IMG/VR virus record: IMGVR_UViG_3300047274_000159
Span: 1 to 64,000 of that record
Reading direction: 5' to 3' (one strand)
Origin: an uncultured virus (IMG/VR IMGVR_UViG_3300047274_000159)
Taxonomy: Duplodnaviria > Heunggongvirae > Uroviricota > Caudoviricetes
Length of the DNA stretch: 64,000 nucleotides
Part shown: one piece after another, positions 17,403 through 27,097 of the stretch
Layout of the letters: every line of letters begins with the position of its first letter
Position numbering within the stretch: position 1 is the stretch's first letter
Notes under the pieces: generated by a model
The model's input: only the letters and a program-made list of their open reading frames with translations
Databases searched by the model: none
Told to the model about the DNA's origin: nothing
Program-made: the position numbers and the translations under genes

Positions 17403-18320
17403 ATGGCAGATAAATCATTACTTGAGCAAATGCTCGAGAACCTGGTTAACGATAATCAGGCCAAAGCAGAAGAATTATTCCACGAATATGTAGTTGCAAA
17501 ATCACGCGAAATCTACGAAGGTTTGATCGAAGCAGAAATGTCCGACGAAGAGGACGAAGAAGTTGATGAAGCAGCTGAAGACGAAGAAGCTGAAGACGAA
17601 AAAGTCGACGAAGCATCTGAAAGCGAAGACGACGAAGATATGGAAGAAGGTTTCGATGATATCGCTATTGAAGCCGATGATGAAATGGGCGGCGACCCAA
17701 CCGATGATCTAGAAAGTGAACTAGACATGGGAGACGAAGAAGAAGGCGAAGAAGGTGAAAAGTCTGAAGAAGAACTTTTCCAAGACTTAGACGCTATCGT
17801 TGACGAACTACAAGCTAAGTTTGATGAACTCAAAGGCGGCGACATGGGCGACGACATGGGCGGCGAAGAAGAAATGAAAGACGACATGGACTTAGAAACA
17901 GTTCGTGAATACGTAGAAAAAGTTGCAGGCGGTCATGGCGCCGAAAAGAAAGGCGCAGGCGAAGGTTCTCTAGTAGGAACTGGCGCACAAGGTGACAAAC
18001 CAAGCCTAAATGCTAAGAGCATCGTAGCTGGTAAGAACGACATGGGCGGTACCGCAGCAAACATTCTAGGCAGCAAAGAAGAAGCAGGTGTTCTAGCTAA
18101 CCAAGGACAATTAAAAGGTTCTGGATTGCTAAAAGGAACCCCAAAAGAAGATAACGCAGGTAATATCAATGTTCCAGGCGGCAAAGCAGGCAGTGCTTTC
18201 TCTAAGAAAGAGCCAGGCCATGGCGCTGAAAAGAAAGGCGAAGCCGAAGGCAAGTTTTCTGGAGCAGGCGGTAGTGCAGGCAAGACCGATACCGCAAGTC
18301 TTTTCCGTGGTCGTAGATAA
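17403..18320 (+). CDS. Acidic prohead core/scaffold-type protein
   Basis: Extremely Asp/Glu-rich; lies between portal and protease like T4 gp67/68; SD GGAG and TAAATA at 17362-17367. Confidence 0.65.
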   Translation: MADKSLLEQMLENLVNDNQAKAEELFHEYVVAKSREIYEGLIEAEMSDEEDEEVDEAAEDEEAEDEKVDEASESEDDEDMEEGFDDIAIEADDEMGGDPTDDLESELDMGDEEEGEEGEKSEEELFQDLDAIVDELQAKFDELKGGDMGDDMGGEEEMKDDMDLETVREYVEKVAGGHGAEKKGAGEGSLVGTGAQGDKPSLNAKSIVAGKNDMGGTAANILGSKEEAGVLANQGQLKGSGLLKGTPKEDNAGNINVPGGKAGSAFSKKEPGHGAEKKGEAEGKFSGAGGSAGKTDTASLFRGRR

Positions 18321-18329
18321 TAGGACTTA

Positions 18330-18959
18330 ATGGTGAAAAACTACCTATCAGAACATTTGAGTTTCGACCAGGCCAAGATTGTATTAGAGAGCGAAGGTGA
18401 AGGCGATAAAAAATCGCTGCATCTGAACGGTATCTGCATCCAAGGAGATATCCGTAATCAGAACCAGCGTGTTTATTCTTCTCAAGAAATTGGCAGGGCT
18501 GTCAAAACGCTCAATGAACAGATCGCTGGCGGATACTCCGTTCTAGGAGAAGTTGATCACCCGCAGGATTTAAAAATCAATCTTGATCGTGTTTCACACA
18601 TGATTACCAAGATGTGGATGGATGGTCCTAACGGCTACGGAAAACTTAAAATCCTCCCGACACCTATGGGCAAGTTAATTGAAACTATGCTCACGTCGGG
18701 AGTTAAGTTGGGTGTAAGTAGTAGAGGTTCCGGTGAAGTGGATTCAGGTGGCAATGTTCAAGGTTTTGAAATTATCACAGTTGACATTGTAGCGCAACCT
18801 TCCGCCCCGGGAGCATACCCAACCCCAGTTTATGAACACCTTATGAATAACACAGGTGGATATCAGGCATTTAAAATAGCACAAGAAGTTCAAGGCGATC
18901 CAAAGGCTCAGAAATACTTAGCAGAGAATCTGGTGAAAATCATCAGAGGGCTCAAATAA
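18330..18959 (+). CDS. gp21: Prohead protease, T4 gp21-like
   Basis: GICIQGD.RNQN.RVY, LGEVDHP, VSH, GVSSRGSG, DIVAQPSAP.AY motifs. Confidence 0.93.
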   Translation: MVKNYLSEHLSFDQAKIVLESEGEGDKKSLHLNGICIQGDIRNQNQRVYSSQEIGRAVKTLNEQIAGGYSVLGEVDHPQDLKINLDRVSHMITKMWMDGPNGYGKLKILPTPMGKLIETMLTSGVKLGVSSRGSGEVDSGGNVQGFEIITVDIVAQPSAPGAYPTPVYEHLMNNTGGYQAFKIAQEVQGDPKAQKYLAENLVKIIRGLK

Positions 18960-18976
18960 CCAAGTAGGAGAATCAC

Positions 18977-20065
18977 ATGCTAGATATCGTAAAACAACTG
19001 TTTGAGAACAATGTGATTTCCGAAGAAATTAAATCGGAAATTGAATCCGCTTGGCAAGCTAGAATCCAAGAAAATCGTGACCAAGTTACGGCTCAGTTAC
19101 GTGAAGAATTTGCGCAGAAATACGAACATGACAAGTCAGCTATGATTGACGCTGTAGAAGGAATGCTTGCAGACCGTCTACAGGCAGAACTATCAGAACT
19201 AGCTGAAGATCGTCAGAGTCTTATTGATGCAAGAGCTCGTTATGCAGAAAAGATATCTCAAGATTCTAAGGTATTAGAATCTTTTGTTATGAAAAATCTA
19301 CATAAAGAACTCAGCGAACTTCACGATGATCGTAAGTCAGTGGCCAGCAATGTTACAAAATTAGAATCTTTCATCGTAGATTCTCTAGCGAAGGAAATCG
19401 CAGAGTTCCACGCAGACAAGAAAGACCTAGCCGAAACCAAAGTTCGTTTGGTTCGCGAAAGCAAGGCTAAGTTTGAAGAAATCAAGAAAGATTTTATCTC
19501 CCGTTCAGCAAAAATCATTGAAGAAACAGTGTCTAAGGGCCTGAAGTCTGAAATGACACAGCTACGCGAGGACATTGATGCTGCTCGCAAAAATGATTTT
19601 GGTCGTAGGATTTTTGAAAGCTTCGCCAGCGAATATGCTGCAAGTCATCTCAATGAAAAATCTGAAACAGCTAAACTGTTAAAAGCAGTAGCTGCCAAAG
19701 AAGCAGAATTAGAAGAAGCAGCCAAAGTTGTTGCAGAAACACAAAAATTAGTTGAAAGTCGTGAACAAGAATTACGCATTGCCAAAGATACAGCCGCTCG
19801 CAAGGAAGTTATGAGCGAATTGCTAGGGCCACTATCCGGCGACAAGCGTACAGTAATGAAAGAATTACTAGAATCCGTTCAAACTGACAAACTACGCGGC
19901 GCTTTCGACAAGTACTTACCAGCCGTCATGGATGGTGGAGCACCGGCAAAGAAAGCACTCACAGAGGCAAAAGAAATCACAGGCGATAAGCAGGCACAAC
20001 CTATCAGCGAAGAAAAAACCGCTGAAATATTTGACATCCGCAGGCTTGCGGGACTAAAAGTTTAA
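18977..20065 (+). CDS. gp22: Prohead scaffolding protein, T4 gp22-like
   Basis: Long coiled coil between protease and major capsid gene; GRRIFESF motif. Confidence 0.8.
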   Translation: MLDIVKQLFENNVISEEIKSEIESAWQARIQENRDQVTAQLREEFAQKYEHDKSAMIDAVEGMLADRLQAELSELAEDRQSLIDARARYAEKISQDSKVLESFVMKNLHKELSELHDDRKSVASNVTKLESFIVDSLAKEIAEFHADKKDLAETKVRLVRESKAKFEEIKKDFISRSAKIIEETVSKGLKSEMTQLREDIDAARKNDFGRRIFESFASEYAASHLNEKSETAKLLKAVAAKEAELEEAAKVVAETQKLVESREQELRIAKDTAARKEVMSELLGPLSGDKRTVMKELLESVQTDKLRGAFDKYLPAVMDGGAPAKKALTEAKEITGDKQAQPISEEKTAEIFDIRRLAGLKV

Positions 20066-20076
20066 GGAGAACTATA

Positions 20077-21249
20077 ATGTCACAACTACTCGAGTCACGC
20101 TGGTCGGAGACTAAAGAGGCACTATTAGAAGGCCTACAAGGTAACAAGCGTACAGTTATGGCAACAACTCTAGAAAATACTCGCAAGTATTTGGCAGAGT
20201 CTGCCACTGCTGGTGCTACTTCCGCCGGTAACGTTGCAACCCTAAATCGTGTGATCCTACCTGTGATCAGACGTGTAATGCCAACAGTCATTGCTAATGA
20301 ACTAGTTGGTGTACAACCAATGACAGGCCCAGTTGGCCAAATTCACACTCTACGTGTTCGCTATTCAGATGCTTTCACAGGCTCTGCAGGCGGATCCGCT
20401 AGTGCAGGTGAAGAGGCACTAAGCCCATTCAAGATCGCTGAAGGCTATTCTGGTAACGCTAATGGTAAAGCTGATGCGACAGCTGCCAAAGAAGGTGTTG
20501 CTGGTAACAGACTAAGCATTCAAATCTTGAAGCAAACAGTTGAAGCTAAGACACGTAAGTTGTCAGCTCGCTGGACATTTGAAGCTGCTCAAGATGCACA
20601 AGCCCAACAAGGCATTGACATCGAAGCAGAAATCATGGCTGCTCTAGCACAAGAGATCACTGCTGAAATCGACCAAGAAGTTCTACGTAGCCTAGCTACC
20701 CTAGCTTCTGGTGCAGGTAACACAGTGGCTTTTGACCAAGCAGCAGTTAGCGGTACAGCTACATTCGTTGGTGACGAGCATGCAGCTCTAGCAGTTGCTA
20801 TCAACCGCGTTGCTAACACAATCGCTCAGCGTACACGCCGTGGTGCTGGTAATTGGGCAGTTGTTAGCCCAACAGCATTGACAATTCTTCAGAGTGCTAC
20901 AACTTCTGCGTTCGCAAGAACAACAGAAGGCACATTCGAAGCACCTACAAACACCAAGTTTGTTGGTACATTGAACAGCGCGATGAAGATCTATGTCAAC
21001 ACCTACGCTGATGATGACACAGTTCTAGTTGGCTACAAAGGTTCTAGCGAATCTGATGCAGCAGCATTCTACTGCCCATACATTCCATTGATGAGCAGCG
21101 GTGTTGTTCTAGATCCTAGCACATTTGAGCCAGTAGTTAGCTTTATGACACGTTACGGATATGTTGAGTTGACAAACACAGCATCATCTCTAGGTAACGC
21201 AGCTGACTACCTAGGTCGTGTGACAATCGCTAACGCATCATTCACCTAA
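20077..21249 (+). CDS. gp23: Major capsid protein, T4 gp23-like
   Basis: VGVQPMTGPVGQI, EAKTRKL.ARWT.E.AQD, FYCPYIPL, F.TRYG motifs. Confidence 0.96.
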   Translation: MSQLLESRWSETKEALLEGLQGNKRTVMATTLENTRKYLAESATAGATSAGNVATLNRVILPVIRRVMPTVIANELVGVQPMTGPVGQIHTLRVRYSDAFTGSAGGSASAGEEALSPFKIAEGYSGNANGKADATAAKEGVAGNRLSIQILKQTVEAKTRKLSARWTFEAAQDAQAQQGIDIEAEIMAALAQEITAEIDQEVLRSLATLASGAGNTVAFDQAAVSGTATFVGDEHAALAVAINRVANTIAQRTRRGAGNWAVVSPTALTILQSATTSAFARTTEGTFEAPTNTKFVGTLNSAMKIYVNTYADDDTVLVGYKGSSESDAAAFYCPYIPLMSSGVVLDPSTFEPVVSFMTRYGYVELTNTASSLGNAADYLGRVTIANASFT

Positions 21250-21277
21250 TCAAAGGTACACACTTTTCAAGTGTTTC

Positions 21278-21301
21278 AAAAAGGCTCTTCGGAGCCTTTT
21301 T
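21278..21301 (+). terminator. Rho-independent terminator after gp23
   Basis: AAAAAGGCTC-TTCG-GAGCCTTTTT. Confidence 0.9.
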
Positions 21302-21320
21302 GTTTGGCTTAAATATCGGT

Positions 21321-21587
21321 ATGCAGATCGAAACGCATAACGATTTTTCTAAACTAAGAGAACAATTTAATATTTGGCGCCGCCGATTTCCAATGTTCAC
21401 ACACGATGTAAAACAAATAGAAAACATCGTTGAAAATCATATCACTAACTACAGTAAGCATCTAGTAGAGTATAGGCGTACACATCATACCATTCATCTA
21501 GAACGAGCACAATCGGAAATAGACGAAATTAATAGAGTGCTGGCTACAGTAAGTAAATTGGAACTGATGGCTATGCTCAGCCGCTGA
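21321..21587 (+). CDS. Hypothetical protein
   Basis: ATG 21321 lies 5 nt after TAAATA (21310-21315); helical 88 aa product. Confidence 0.6.
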   Translation: MQIETHNDFSKLREQFNIWRRRFPMFTHDVKQIENIVENHITNYSKHLVEYRRTHHTIHLERAQSEIDEINRVLATVSKLELMAMLSR

Positions 21588-21663
21588 TAAATAAAGTATC
21601 TAGATGATTGCGCAGTTTTGCCACTGAGCGAGACCTAGAACGTCACTCTAAAGGAGAAAACAA

Positions 21664-22182
21664 ATGGCAAATAAGTTAAGTAAGAGATATTTTGGAATCA
21701 CAGGCGGATCCCCAGCAAAGATTCCTATCAGATTTAAAACCGGTGGTACAGTCTATGAGGGTTACATTGTTAATCAAGTAAGTGCTCGTAGATTTAAATG
21801 TGCCGACGATGGCACAAACGTCGCCGACGGAAGCCTAGTAGTTGGTAGTCAATATGTGATCGAATCTGTAGGCGACTCAGATTTTACCGCAGCAGGCGCA
21901 CTACACAATGCTGTCAATGGTAGAGTATTCACAGCTACCGCAGTTGGCGGATCAGGCACAGGTGTTGTTAACACTGTAGTAACTGCTAAGTTAGTACAAG
22001 GCACAAACTCCGATCCTGCAAACAACGGTGAAGCTACACTAGTAGGAATTAATTCTACTGGTAATCCTGTAACTTTAAGAAAGATTAATTTTAGAACAGC
22101 CACTGATTTTAACGGAAATCGTTACAAGTGGTCATTGAGCGACGACTCATCTCAAACTTTGTTAATTTTAACAGCTATCTAA
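21664..22182 (+). CDS. Hypothetical virion structural protein
   Basis: Strong SD AAGGAG, late promoter 21588-21593, beta-rich Gly/Thr/Val composition. Confidence 0.6.
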   Translation: MANKLSKRYFGITGGSPAKIPIRFKTGGTVYEGYIVNQVSARRFKCADDGTNVADGSLVVGSQYVIESVGDSDFTAAGALHNAVNGRVFTATAVGGSGTGVVNTVVTAKLVQGTNSDPANNGEATLVGINSTGNPVTLRKINFRTATDFNGNRYKWSLSDDSSQTLLILTAI

Positions 22183-22196
22183 TCTAGGAAGTAGGC

Positions 22197-23183
22197 ATGG
22201 GACAGTTTTTCCAAGTTAACGGCGATTACAACATCAAAACCAGCGAAGGTGCTGATATTAAATTAGACACCGGACCTGGTGTTGGTAGAACAATCGTTAC
22301 TGGAAATCTAGTAGTAGAAGGCGATACTACTATTATCTCTGCCGAAAATCTAGCGATTAAAGATAACATCATTATTGTTAATGATGGTGAAACTGGAGCC
22401 GGGGTAACTCTTCGTTATTCCGGCATCCAAGTTGATCGAGGTACTGAAGAAGATGTTCTGCTTGTTTGGGACGAAGACGATGATACTTGGAATTTCAAAC
22501 AAGGCGCAGGTTATAATAGCAGTAGATTAAGAGTCAAAGAAATCCTGACCAATGCAGACACAGACGCAGGCGACCTAACACTAATCGGCACAGGCACAGG
22601 TGTAGTCAAAGTCGCAGGCACACTAAATTATGAATTGAATGTCACTGATGACGATGATATACCTAACAAAAGATATGTTGACACAGCGATTCAGACTAAT
22701 CCAACATTCCAGATCGTCCGAGATAATACCAGAGTAGCAGCCTTTGATTCAAACAATCCTGCCACTGGATTATTTCCTATCGGACCATATGCTGTTCAAC
22801 CACTAGAAAGCCAAGTAGCTGTAGTAGTTGAAAATAATATCGTCACAGAATTTTTTAGCAACAGGGTGCAGTTTGGTGGATTGACTCTGTACACAGAAGA
22901 TCCAACACCTTTTAATCCGTTGATTCCGGATGCTGCGGTAATACAAACAAGAAATACCAACGCTAACATTAAATTTGAAACTAACGGCACGGGCAAGGTA
23001 GAAATTACCTATGCTCTACAAATGAACAATCTAGGAACTACACCTGCATCAGTCAGTGGAGGCAGTCTACTGTATGGAAATACCGCAGGAGTAGGAACTA
23101 CTGGTCTTTATTTTGTTAACACAACTAAAACAGATGAACTTATTAGCAAAAGCAAGGCTTTGGTTTTTAGTATGATATTTTAA
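22197..23183 (+). CDS. Tail fibre/appendage structural protein
   Basis: GNLVVEGDTT...IKDNII.VN.GETG fibre-type repeats, PNKRYVD motif. Confidence 0.6.
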   Translation: MGQFFQVNGDYNIKTSEGADIKLDTGPGVGRTIVTGNLVVEGDTTIISAENLAIKDNIIIVNDGETGAGVTLRYSGIQVDRGTEEDVLLVWDEDDDTWNFKQGAGYNSSRLRVKEILTNADTDAGDLTLIGTGTGVVKVAGTLNYELNVTDDDDIPNKRYVDTAIQTNPTFQIVRDNTRVAAFDSNNPATGLFPIGPYAVQPLESQVAVVVENNIVTEFFSNRVQFGGLTLYTEDPTPFNPLIPDAAVIQTRNTNANIKFETNGTGKVEITYALQMNNLGTTPASVSGGSLLYGNTAGVGTTGLYFVNTTKTDELISKSKALVFSMIF

Positions 23184-23192
23184 GAGAAAAAC

Positions 23193-23561
23193 ATGATATA
23201 CAGCACAAGATTAACTACCACAGGTGATACATTAGTGTATACTAGTACAACTACAGGAGCAGCCATTGGTCCTGGCGTAACTGGTCAAACCAATGCTGTA
23301 ACATCGATTATAGTCTGTAATACAGGAACTCCAAACCTAACAGACGAAACTGTAAACTCTGCGAACTTGACACTTAATCTAGTGGTCAGCGGAGGAGTTA
23401 GTACAGATACAAATACCATAGTAAAAAATCTTACGGTACCCGCAGGTGAAACGGTATTTTTCAGCGACGAAAGAATCGTTCTTAGCTCCGGAGATCAGAT
23501 CCGTGCTACAGCCAGCGCAGCTAATCTATTGAGCATCACAGTGAGTTCGTTACCAGTATGA
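23193..23561 (+). CDS. Small beta-rich fibre adaptor-like protein (paralog of 26383 and 40985)
   Basis: Shared pattern VY..., S/C..CN, L.V.., E(K/R)..L, I.V.VS. Confidence 0.55.
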   Translation: MIYSTRLTTTGDTLVYTSTTTGAAIGPGVTGQTNAVTSIIVCNTGTPNLTDETVNSANLTLNLVVSGGVSTDTNTIVKNLTVPAGETVFFSDERIVLSSGDQIRATASAANLLSITVSSLPV

Positions 23562-24058
23562 GATTCTTAAAGCAAAAAACTATCAGCAAATATAGTCCCA
23601 GCGACAATACGCTGTTTACTAATCATTATGGTAGGGCAGTAATGGACCTAACAGGCGGACTAAGATTGCCTAAAGGTACTACTGCAGAACGCCCGCAGCT
23701 CAGCGGCGTAAGAAATCCCAACGGCGCTAACGGTTTTATTCGATACAATACTACAACGAATTCTATCGAAGCATATATCGATGGAGTTTGGGAAGTGGTA
23801 AGAGCACCGGGCGCAACTACAATAACAAAACAAACACTTACCGGTGCAGACGGCATAGAAACAACATTTGGTCCCCTAAGCCAAATACCTAGTTCAGAAA
23901 ACAATATTTTGGTATTTGTAGAAAACGTTTTTCAAATATCAGATACTAACTTTAACCTTGTTGACAATTATCTAGGATCAGGAAATACCTATATAGTTTT
24001 TACAAGTCCGGTGCCGTTAGCTAAAGATATTACTATCTATTACGGATTTGCCAACTAA
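23558..24058 (+). CDS. Tail fibre-associated protein
   Basis: LRLPKGTTAERP...GFIRYNTTT...E.Y.DG.W motif shared with 24068 and 25327. Confidence 0.6.
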   Translation: MRFLKQKTISKYSPSDNTLFTNHYGRAVMDLTGGLRLPKGTTAERPQLSGVRNPNGANGFIRYNTTTNSIEAYIDGVWEVVRAPGATTITKQTLTGADGIETTFGPLSQIPSSENNILVFVENVFQISDTNFNLVDNYLGSGNTYIVFTSPVPLAKDITIYYGFAN

Positions 24059-24067
24059 GGAGATAGT

Positions 24068-25177
24068 ATGCCAGCAGCGCCAGGACCATCGACTCCGCCA
24101 GGATATTCTATAGGTAGAATCAGTGGACCTATGCTGACTCAGAATCTTCTGAGGAACGGGGTAGATCTTACATTTAGAAATGCTGCGCTCGACGACGATC
24201 TATTATATCTCGATGTAACTAATAGACGCATCGGAATTAACGCTAATCCCCCAAATTTTACTCTAGATATCACAGGTGATGGAAAAATTACCGGAGACTT
24301 GTTAGCTTCGGGAACTTTGGCTACATTCGACAACATAAGATTTAATTCAAATGGATCTATAACTTCAACCGTAGGTCCTATTAACATCGTGCCCGTAGGA
24401 GTAGATGCTTATGTTGAACTTGGTCGTGCAGAAACTCCTTCTATCAACATAGACGGCAATAGGATTTCTGGTGCTGTGCTTAATGAAGATATAGTGCTTA
24501 ATGCCAGCGGCACTGGACGAGTTGTGTTTCAAAGAGATACAGCTATCCTAGGCAACCTAGCAGTTACTGGAAATATACAGTCTACAGAAACTGTGCAGTT
24601 AAATGGGCAGCTTATAATCGGAGATAGTCCTATAGATACTGTGACCATTGCTCCAGATTTTACACAAAGTATAGTTCCTGGATCGGACGATCAGTATGAC
24701 ATCGGATCTCCTAGCCACAGATGGAATGATACTTATATCGTTGACTTGAACGGATCTCAAAATCCCACTATCACTAATTTAATCGTAGGCGATCAAGCAA
24801 ACTATAGCGCAAACAGGATAGAAGCCCTGCAGAGCAATGATGATCTGTATCTGCTACCAGATACTGGTACAGTCATTATAGAAAATATTTCTATCAATCA
24901 AGGCACTATAACGAATCTACTAAATTCTCCCGTGACTATCTCGCATACCGGTACGGGCTATCTAGTGATCAACGATACCGGCGCCATGCGTATTCCTGTG
25001 GGAAATAATTCTCAAAGACTGGGCGTTGAAGTAGGTGAAACACGTTGGAACAACGAACTAGGTTATCTAGAATGTTTTGACGGTACAATCTGGCAAGTGG
25101 CTACTGGCGGTGGTACTGTGGTAACTCCTGCGGTTATGGAAGAACTTGGCCACGTTTACACCCTCATCTTTGGTTAA
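24068..25177 (+). CDS. Tail fibre protein (paralog of 25327)
   Basis: GRISGP.L..NL.R.GVDL.F...LLYLDVTN.RIG N-terminus; beta-repeat shaft; RIPVG...R..G.TRWN module. Confidence 0.65.
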   Translation: MPAAPGPSTPPGYSIGRISGPMLTQNLLRNGVDLTFRNAALDDDLLYLDVTNRRIGINANPPNFTLDITGDGKITGDLLASGTLATFDNIRFNSNGSITSTVGPINIVPVGVDAYVELGRAETPSINIDGNRISGAVLNEDIVLNASGTGRVVFQRDTAILGNLAVTGNIQSTETVQLNGQLIIGDSPIDTVTIAPDFTQSIVPGSDDQYDIGSPSHRWNDTYIVDLNGSQNPTITNLIVGDQANYSANRIEALQSNDDLYLLPDTGTVIIENISINQGTITNLLNSPVTISHTGTGYLVINDTGAMRIPVGNNSQRLGVEVGETRWNNELGYLECFDGTIWQVATGGGTVVTPAVMEELGHVYTLIFG

Positions 25178-25190
25178 TTCCCCAATCTGA

Positions 25191-25322
25191 CTAAATACTA
25201 CTAATCGCAGCAAATGACCAATTTCTGCGTGATTAAACTGTGGTAAACCAGCAAAGAGCCGTCGAAGCGGCTGCGGAGAAATCCAAAATTGGTTAACCGT
25301 GAAACACGGGGTATTTAGGAGA
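25191..25322 (+). promoter_or_regulatory. Late promoter plus structured 5' leader (candidate cis-regulatory RNA)
   Basis: TAAATA 25192-25197 followed by several hairpins (25202-25235; AGCCGT-CGAA-GCGGCT; GGA-GAAA-TCC; CCGTG-AAA-CACGG) ending at SD AGGAG. Confidence 0.55.
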
Positions 25323-25326
25323 GCGC

Positions 25327-26379
25327 ATGGCTATTGGTCGAATTTCCGGTCCGCTCTTAAAGGCCAATCTCATCAGAGATGGTGTGGACCTAGCCTTTGA
25401 GACCGACCTTCTCTATCTGGACGTTACGAATTCGCGCATTGGAGTGAAAACTTCTTCTCCTCAATACACATTAGATGTTGCTGGATCCACAAGAGTCACA
25501 GACCTTGAAGTTACCAATCAATTTGACATAGGTAATCTTACTATAACCGGCAATACAATTTCCAGCGATCTTCCCTCAATAACATTTACTGCTTCCGGCG
25601 GCGAGGCTACGATCTATCATTCTAGACTGATCGTAAACGATATAGAAATTTCAGGAAACACGATCGCTACTATAGTTTCTAATTCTAATCTAGAACTTAG
25701 ACCTAATGGTACAGGTATTGTGGATATACAAGCACCTACTGATATTACAGGAAATCTAAGTGTAACAGGCAATATCAATGCCACGGGTAATATTACCATA
25801 GGCGGAAATTTGATCATAGGCGATAGTATCGCCGACACCGTTACTATCAATGCTAGCCTAAACAGTAACCTTATTCCTGAAACAGACAATACCTACGATA
25901 TAGGTAGCCCTAGTAACAGATGGAGAAATATTTATTCTACTAATCTGTTCGCTACTAACCTAAGTCTTACAGAATTTAACATCGGTAATCTACAACTCAT
26001 AGATAACCGCATTAACACTACTACTGGACAGGATCTAATTTTAGAAGGCAATGGTGCAGGATCTGTGAGATTAGGAAATTTTGCGATTAGAAACAATCTG
26101 ATCACAAACACAGTCAGCGGATCTATTACACAGCTTGACCAATCTGGTACAGGCTACTTTGTTATCTCCGGTACTAACGCTTTTGTTCCTCCAAAAGGTA
26201 CAGCAGGGGACAGACCTACTGCTTATGCAGTAGAAGGTATGACCAGATACAATACAGATTCAAAAGCCTTAGAAATTTGGGACGGCACTGCTTGGGCTAG
26301 TCCGGCCGGTACGATTGGTGCGGTATCAGAAACCGCCGCCACAGACATCGCAATACGATTTGCATTAACACTAGGATAA
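25327..26379 (+). CDS. Tail fibre protein (paralog of 24068)
   Basis: MAIGRISGPLLKANL...; G(N/D)L.(I/V)TG repeats; PKGT...RP...G.TRYNT...E.WDG module. Confidence 0.65.
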   Translation: MAIGRISGPLLKANLIRDGVDLAFETDLLYLDVTNSRIGVKTSSPQYTLDVAGSTRVTDLEVTNQFDIGNLTITGNTISSDLPSITFTASGGEATIYHSRLIVNDIEISGNTIATIVSNSNLELRPNGTGIVDIQAPTDITGNLSVTGNINATGNITIGGNLIIGDSIADTVTINASLNSNLIPETDNTYDIGSPSNRWRNIYSTNLFATNLSLTEFNIGNLQLIDNRINTTTGQDLILEGNGAGSVRLGNFAIRNNLITNTVSGSITQLDQSGTGYFVISGTNAFVPPKGTAGDRPTAYAVEGMTRYNTDSKALEIWDGTAWASPAGTIGAVSETAATDIAIRFALTLG

Positions 26380-26382
26380 AAA

Positions 26383-26715
26383 ATGCCTACAACATTCAAA
26401 CACGCAGTTAATAAAAATATAGGAACAACACCGGTAGATGTAGTACAGACACCTGTAGGATTTAGATCAACAGTAATTGGCTGTAACATTGCTAATGTCA
26501 CTGATTATGATACAGTAAATGTAGATGTTTATGTAATCAGCGAAGATAGCGAACAGGCATATTATGTCAAAGGATTAACAGTAGCTCCTAATTCTGCGGT
26601 AAAAATCATCACCAACGGCGAAAAATTAATCCTGCCAGAAACTTCAGGCCTAAGAATAGTCAGCGATACCGCAGACAGCATCGATGTGGTTGTAAGTTAC
26701 GTAGAAATAAGCTAA
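26383..26715 (+). CDS. Small beta-rich fibre adaptor-like protein
   Basis: Paralogous to 23193 and 40985 (TVIGCNIAN...GEKLIL...DVVVSY.E). Confidence 0.55.
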   Translation: MPTTFKHAVNKNIGTTPVDVVQTPVGFRSTVIGCNIANVTDYDTVNVDVYVISEDSEQAYYVKGLTVAPNSAVKIITNGEKLILPETSGLRIVSDTADSIDVVVSYVEIS

Positions 26716-26725
26716 GGAGTTACAA

Positions 26726-27094
26726 ATGAATAATAATTATGTACTAGGCAATGATCCGTACACAAGATTAGGAGATACTCCTAGATTTTTCTATGGTCTA
26801 AGAAAAAATGAAAACGGAAGTTTATTTTTACAAAGAAATGATCAATTAAAAAGCAACGATGCTATTGAACTAAATCGTCCAGGGGATGAAGCGGGTAATT
26901 ATAATGATCTCGAAACTGGAGTTGATTTCTATGAAGGAATTGATGTAAATCATAATACTGTATTCGAAAACTTAAAATATCAACAATATCGTTGGGACGA
27001 CAGAGCTATATTTTACTATATAGATAACGAAGGACAATTAGTAGCTAGAATAAACAACGGATACACTTACGATTCTGGAGCATCAGAGGATTAA
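26726..27094 (+). CDS. Hypothetical structural-module protein
   Basis: SD AAGGAG; 122 aa ORF tightly packed in the fibre operon. Confidence 0.6.
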   Translation: MNNNYVLGNDPYTRLGDTPRFFYGLRKNENGSLFLQRNDQLKSNDAIELNRPGDEAGNYNDLETGVDFYEGIDVNHNTVFENLKYQQYRWDDRAIFYYIDNEGQLVARINNGYTYDSGASED

Positions 27095-27097
27095 TAA

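Noticed and set aside
25238..25312. c-di-GMP-I (GEMM) riboswitch call
   Set aside because: Only GGTAAACC and GCAAAG resemble the consensus; the P2 GNRA/P3 receptor layout does not fit, so it is kept as an unassigned leader
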